Shown: positions 28,207-32,000 of the stretch, in pieces
How positions within the stretch are numbered: position 1 is the stretch's first letter
How the letters are laid out: each line of letters starts with the position of its first letter
Assembly (NCBI RefSeq): GCF_000010065.1
Contig: NC_006576.1
Span: 270,001-302,000 of the forward strand
DNA length: 32,000 bases
Source of the DNA: Synechococcus elongatus PCC 6301
Lineage (GTDB): Bacteria > Cyanobacteriota > Cyanobacteriia > Synechococcales > Synechococcaceae
Reading direction: 5' to 3'
Notes under the pieces: model-generated
Told to the model about the DNA's origin: nothing
What the model saw: only the letters and a program-made list of their open reading frames with translations
The model's database searches: none
Made by a program: the position numbers and the translations under genes

Positions 28207-28902
28207 TCAGCGCAGCTGGATGGGGCTCCAGCGATTCACGGGAGGAGCCAGATATTCTGGGGCAAGTTCCGTCGCCGATCGCGCCGTGAGGTACAGGTCA
28301 AAGCTGACTGAGAGTCGCGTCAAGTCAGTCAGGTTTTCGGTGACGCCATGTCTTGTGCTGGCAGGAAACAGCAGCAATAATCCAGCCTGCGGTGGATAGT
28401 CAATCCACGCTTGGTTGAGTGCAGCCTCCTCGGCAATCACCTCGCCATAGCCAACGGCTAAGCCGGGCACCAACTCATTGCGCGGGCGATCGTCAAAAAT
28501 TCTGAGGGCTCCCAGTTCAGGATCGCCGCTGCCGTTCAAGTAGTAGATAGCGCTGAGATGGGCGTTGGGATGGTGATGGGCGCCAATGCTTTGGCCGGGC
28601 TCAGAAACAACCGGCCACGATCGCTGAATCCACAATTGCAAAGCCTCCGTTTGAAAACCCAACGCTTGGCAAAACTGCAGCGCTTCAACCTCTACCTGCG
28701 ATCGCAACCAAGCAAAATCAGGATGTTCATGCACCAAGGCCACGCCATTCATGTCGCCGGTCCAGGCCGATTCCCCACTCGGATTCGCCCAGAGATCACC
28801 GCGCCATTGAAAAATCTGAGCAACCATCCGCTCATGTAGAGCCGGATCGGGCGTGAGCAGGTTGCGAGAAACAGCAAGCGGGAACCAAGTATCAATGGGC
28901 AT
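28207..28902 (-). CDS. putative 2OG-Fe(II) oxygenase family protein (TIGR02466 / 2OG-FeII_Oxy_5-like)
   Basis: 231 aa. The HHHPNAHLSAIYYL block and the distal LLLFPASTRHGV block resemble the His...His metal-ligand arrangement of this family as I remember it. ATG at 28900-28902. Confidence 0.6.
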   Translation of the reverse strand: MPIDTWFPLAVSRNLLTPDPALHERMVAQIFQWRGDLWANPSGESAWTGDMNGVALVHEHPDFAWLRSQVEVEALQFCQALGFQTEALQLWIQRSWPVVSEPGQSIGAHHHPNAHLSAIYYLNGSGDPELGALRIFDDRPRNELVPGLAVGYGEVIAEEAALNQAWIDYPPQAGLLLLFPASTRHGVTENLTDLTRLSVSFDLYLTARSATELAPEYLAPPVNRWSPIQLR

Positions 28903-29041
28903 CGATTACGGCTGTGAAGAGTCTTTCGATACCCTACTCCACTCGTTATAACTAGCCGAAATAGCCAGAGATTGTTGTCAGCAAGGGCCACAATAGGGGG
29001 CACCGTGGCCTTTCTTGGCGATCGAGCGATCGCTATCACGC

Positions 29042-30430
29042 ATGCCTCATGCCATCGTGCAACAGGCCCAGCCTGCCCTGGAATTCATTCCGCCTGACTA
29101 TCAGCCCTGGCTGCATCGACTGGTCAAGCTAGTTTTACCGTTCCTGTTACGCGCCCAAAAAATTCAGCGGGTTGAGGCCACAGGGATTGAGGAGCTAGCA
29201 GGGCTACTGGCACAATTTCAAGCCCGTCAAGTTCGCCTGATTTTGGCTTTTCGACATCCCAGCACCCAAGCCCCCCTTGTTTTGGCCCATTTGCTTTGGA
29301 AAACCATCCCGACGGTGGCACGCCACAATCACATTCCGCTGCGATCGCCGGTGCATAGTCAATTCCTCTACGATCGCGGCATTCCGATCTGGGCCGGTCA
29401 GTTCACAGGCTGGGTGCTGTCGAAGTTGGGGGGGATTCCAATTCAGCGCGGCAAGTTAGACCGCACTGCCCTCAAAACAGCCCGCGATCGCTTAGTCAAT
29501 GGCAACTTTCCCCTCGCGATCGCCCCCGAAGGGGCCACCAATAATCACAGTGAAATCCTCAGCCCGTTGGAACCGGGCATTGCTCAGTTAGCCTTTTGGT
29601 GTTGTGATGACCTAGCCGCTGACGATCGCGCTGAAGCGGTCGTAATCGTCCCAATCGGTCTGCAATATCCTTTCGTCAACAAGCAGGATTGGCACGCGAT
29701 CGACCATTTGTTGACGGAACTAGAGCAAGACCTCAACCTCTCCAGCCTCTTACCTTCCTCAATCGATGATCCGGCCGCACGTCGCTACGCCCGTCTGGCG
29801 CGACTGGGGCTACAAATGCTCACCACCTTTGAAACCTTTTACCGGGAAGCCTATGGCCAAACCCTAGACCCCAATCCGGCAGACCCTGCAACCGCATCAA
29901 CGGCCTATCCAGACTTTGCCAGACGACTTCAGCAGCTGCGGGAAGTGGCCCTGTCAGTGGCGGAATCCCACTTCAATCTGCCGGCTAAAGGTTCAATTAG
30001 CGATCGCTGTCGTCGCATTGAACAGGCAGGCTGGGATCGCATCTATCGCGATGATTTAGATCAGCTTTCGCTAGTGGCGCGAGGGTTGGCCGACTGGAAT
30101 GCTACGGAAGCCAGTATTCGCATGGGGCACATGAGGCTAGTAGAGCATTTTGCCGCCGTCTCAGGCTCCTACGTCCGCGAGAAACCGACGATTGATCGCT
30201 ACGCAGAAGTGCTGACGATCATGGCGCGGGCAATCGCTTGGACTCAAGGTCGCAGTCCCCAGTCCGTCTCTAAACTCAGCCAACGGATTGCCAAGCTACA
30301 AATCGGGCAGCCGATCAACGTCAGCGATCGCTATCTGGACTATCGCCAAAACCGGCGAAGTGCGATCGAGCAACTCACCTGTGACCTAACCAATCGTCTC
30401 GAACAATCCATCCAAACCTCGACTCACTGA
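29042..30430 (+). CDS. phospholipid/glycerol acyltransferase (PlsC-like) family protein with a long C-terminal extension
   Basis: Block II-like LGGIPIQRG and block III-like LAIAPEGATN follow a block I-like FRHPSTQA. About 250 further residues have no motif I recognise. I prefer the ATG at 29042 over the TTG at 29015. Confidence 0.65.
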   Translation: MPHAIVQQAQPALEFIPPDYQPWLHRLVKLVLPFLLRAQKIQRVEATGIEELAGLLAQFQARQVRLILAFRHPSTQAPLVLAHLLWKTIPTVARHNHIPLRSPVHSQFLYDRGIPIWAGQFTGWVLSKLGGIPIQRGKLDRTALKTARDRLVNGNFPLAIAPEGATNNHSEILSPLEPGIAQLAFWCCDDLAADDRAEAVVIVPIGLQYPFVNKQDWHAIDHLLTELEQDLNLSSLLPSSIDDPAARRYARLARLGLQMLTTFETFYREAYGQTLDPNPADPATASTAYPDFARRLQQLREVALSVAESHFNLPAKGSISDRCRRIEQAGWDRIYRDDLDQLSLVARGLADWNATEASIRMGHMRLVEHFAAVSGSYVREKPTIDRYAEVLTIMARAIAWTQGRSPQSVSKLSQRIAKLQIGQPINVSDRYLDYRQNRRSAIEQLTCDLTNRLEQSIQTSTH

Positions 30431-30497
30431 GTCCGTTCTGCAGTCCAGTCGAGTACGGAGATGGTCTCTCAGGCTGTCAGTCTTATTCGCTAGGGAA

Positions 30498-32000
30498 TTA
30501 GAACAGTCGCCCTCGGCGGCCATCCGGCAGAATCGTCCACCAGTTCGTTTTCGCCATCTTTAGCTGCACCGGCGTCAGCTTGGCACCCCGCAAGTTAGCC
30601 CCGCAAAGATTCGTGCCCCGCAGGTTGGCATTGCTCAAAATGGCATCGCTGAGATCTGCCTTCTGCAAATTGGCGAAACTGAGATCGGCGTTGCCAAAGT
30701 AGGCCTGATGAAGATTGGCTCGTCGCAAATTGGCGCGGTGGAGATTGGCCTGACCAAAATCTGCACGCTCTAACTGAGCGGCAACAAAGAGCGATTCCTT
30801 GAGTTGAGCCCCTTGAAAGTTGACGCTGGGCAACTGTGATTCACTCAGGTCAATCCGGTTGAGCGGTTGCTGACTAAAATCACGCCGTCCACGCTGGTAG
30901 GTTGCCAGAATGTCACGGGCATTGAGGCTGAGTCGTCCAGCACTGTTATTGCCCGAGGTATTGCTCGTCCCACCTGTCCAAGCGGCGATTTGCTGTGCAT
31001 CTGCCAGTTGCTCAGGCCGATTGCCACTGCGATCGCGGCGTCGAGCGCGAATGGCCTCAGCTTGACGCTCTTGGGGTGAAGGATAGCCTGATCCGGTTCG
31101 TCCAGAGGAGGGTTTGATCGGCGGGGCACCTGGGGGCAAGGCACTGAGGCCCTGAATCAGACTGTCGTGGTAAGGCTGTAAATCCAGAGCCGTCATCACT
31201 TGCTCAGCTCGTTGGTAGCGATAGCGCACAGAAGCTGCCAACATCTTGCCGAGTACGGTTGCGAGGGCATCACTGACCTGCACCGAATTACGCCACAACA
31301 GCTCGCCAGTAACCGGGTTGTAATCCAGATCTTGAGGGCCTTTCCCGGTCATCAAGAACAGACAGGTCACTCCCAAGGAATAGAGATCGCTGCTGTAGAC
31401 AGGCCGCATGGCAAGTTGCTCGGGCGGCGCATAACCACGGGTGCCGACAGAGAAGGAGGTCAAGGCTGTCAGGCCACTGCCGCCCTGGATTTGACTGACT
31501 TGGTCTTTGACCGCGCCAAAGTCGATCAGGACAAGGCGGCGATCGATGTCGCGGCGGAGCAAATTCGCTGGCTTGATGTCCCGATGAATCACGCCTTGGT
31601 TATGCAAATACTGCAGGAGGGGCAGCAGTTCACTCAGGAATTGCTTGGTCGCTGTTTCGCTATAAACTCCCTGCTCCCGTACTTCCTGCTCAAGAGTTTT
31701 GCCCCGAATATATTCTTGAACTAGATAAAAGCCTTCGGGGGCTTCGAAATAATCCAACAGTGTCGGGACTTGGGGATGGCTGCCAATGCGGCCGAGGGTT
31801 TTGGCCTCCCGCCGGAATAGCTCCCGCGCCATCAGCATAATTTCAGGGTCTTGCACCTGGGGCAGCAGCTGCTTGATGACGCAGAGGGGTTCTCCTGGCA
31901 ACTGGAGGTCTTGCCCAAGATAGGTCGCTCCAAATCCACCCTGGCCGATCGCCTTGACCACGCGGTAGCGATCGCGCAGCAGGAGCGGTGAGCCGCAAGT
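30498..32000 (-). CDS. Ser/Thr protein kinase with C-terminal pentapeptide repeats (SpkB-like architecture), 5' end outside the window
   Basis: Hanks kinase motifs GQGGFGATY, VIKQL, HRDIKPANLL, DFG, GYAPPEQ. A low-complexity linker is followed by A(N/D)Lxx pentapeptide repeats (ANLHRANLRRANLHQAYFGNADLSFANLQKADLSDAILSNANLRGTNLCGANLRGAKL). The frame stays open to base 32000 (reads ...LLLRDRYRVVKAIGQ). Confidence 0.88.
   Translation of the reverse strand, partial: TCGSPLLLRDRYRVVKAIGQGGFGATYLGQDLQLPGEPLCVIKQLLPQVQDPEIMLMARELFRREAKTLGRIGSHPQVPTLLDYFEAPEGFYLVQEYIRGKTLEQEVREQGVYSETATKQFLSELLPLLQYLHNQGVIHRDIKPANLLRRDIDRRLVLIDFGAVKDQVSQIQGGSGLTALTSFSVGTRGYAPPEQLAMRPVYSSDLYSLGVTCLFLMTGKGPQDLDYNPVTGELLWRNSVQVSDALATVLGKMLAASVRYRYQRAEQVMTALDLQPYHDSLIQGLSALPPGAPPIKPSSGRTGSGYPSPQERQAEAIRARRRDRSGNRPEQLADAQQIAAWTGGTSNTSGNNSAGRLSLNARDILATYQRGRRDFSQQPLNRIDLSESQLPSVNFQGAQLKESLFVAAQLERADFGQANLHRANLRRANLHQAYFGNADLSFANLQKADLSDAILSNANLRGTNLCGANLRGAKLTPVQLKMAKTNWWTILPDGRRGRLF

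Noticed and set aside
28984-29012. Hairpin AGGGCCAC-N13-GTGGCCTT about 30 nt upstream of the acyltransferase ATG
   Set aside because: It has a short stem with a large 13-nt loop and no proper T-tract, in a divergent promoter region where a terminator makes little sense. It could be a 5'UTR structure, but the evidence is too weak to call.
1-32000. Search for tRNA, rRNA, tmRNA, RNase P RNA, known riboswitch cores, Yfr1-type motif (ACTCCTCACAC) and CRISPR-like spaced repeats
   Set aside because: I saw no T-loop GGTTCGAATCC-type motifs in the spacers, no regularly spaced direct repeats and no recognisable riboswitch cores. The only abundant repeat is the dispersed HIP1 octamer, for example the overlapping doublet GCGATCGCGATCGC at 21007-21020. 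This was a visual scan only; tRNAscan-SE, Infernal and CRISPR finders should confirm it.

Overview
This is a chromosomal, mostly housekeeping segment of a cyanobacterium. The octamer GCGATCGC (HIP1) occurs dozens of times. Gene content and composition look like the Synechococcus elongatus PCC 7942/6301 lineage, but that is recognition from memory, not a search result. I support 27 protein-coding genes: a partial hypothetical, a CHAD protein, pyrR, a Zn-type znuCB / znuA divergon with a Zur-like box, trmFO, ftsH, aspS, an MsbA-like ABC exporter, a CbbR/CmpR-type LysR regulator, metF, trpS, an ABC-2 permease, a Cys-containing membrane protein, a double-ATPase ABC protein, two unknowns, a Usp, a short RecQ, 5-formyl-THF cyclo-ligase, DUF362, a membrane GGDEF sensor, malic enzyme, a TIGR02466-like 2OG-oxygenase, a PlsC-like acyltransferase and a pentapeptide-repeat Ser/Thr kinase cut by the window edge. 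There is also a decayed IS630-family transposase remnant and several intrinsic terminators. I found no rRNA, tRNA or CRISPR array. I do not see a convincing multi-gene novel system (no defence-island architecture and no clustered enzymes of unknown function). The best leads are three HIP1-depleted, AT-richer patches at about 12.0-13.8 kb, 19.0-20.6 kb and 23.9-26.4 kb. The third patch contains a 0.8-kb spacer with no ORF of 60 aa or more, an orphan terminator-like hairpin and mini-ORFs. The first links the IS remnant to the cmpR-like gene. The second carries an uncharacterised two-gene module. Smaller oddities are a Walker-B Asp-to-Asn in the ZnuC-like ATPase, a PlsC-like protein without the Asp of HX4D, and a triple GTCTTATAAA repeat upstream of the malic enzyme gene.
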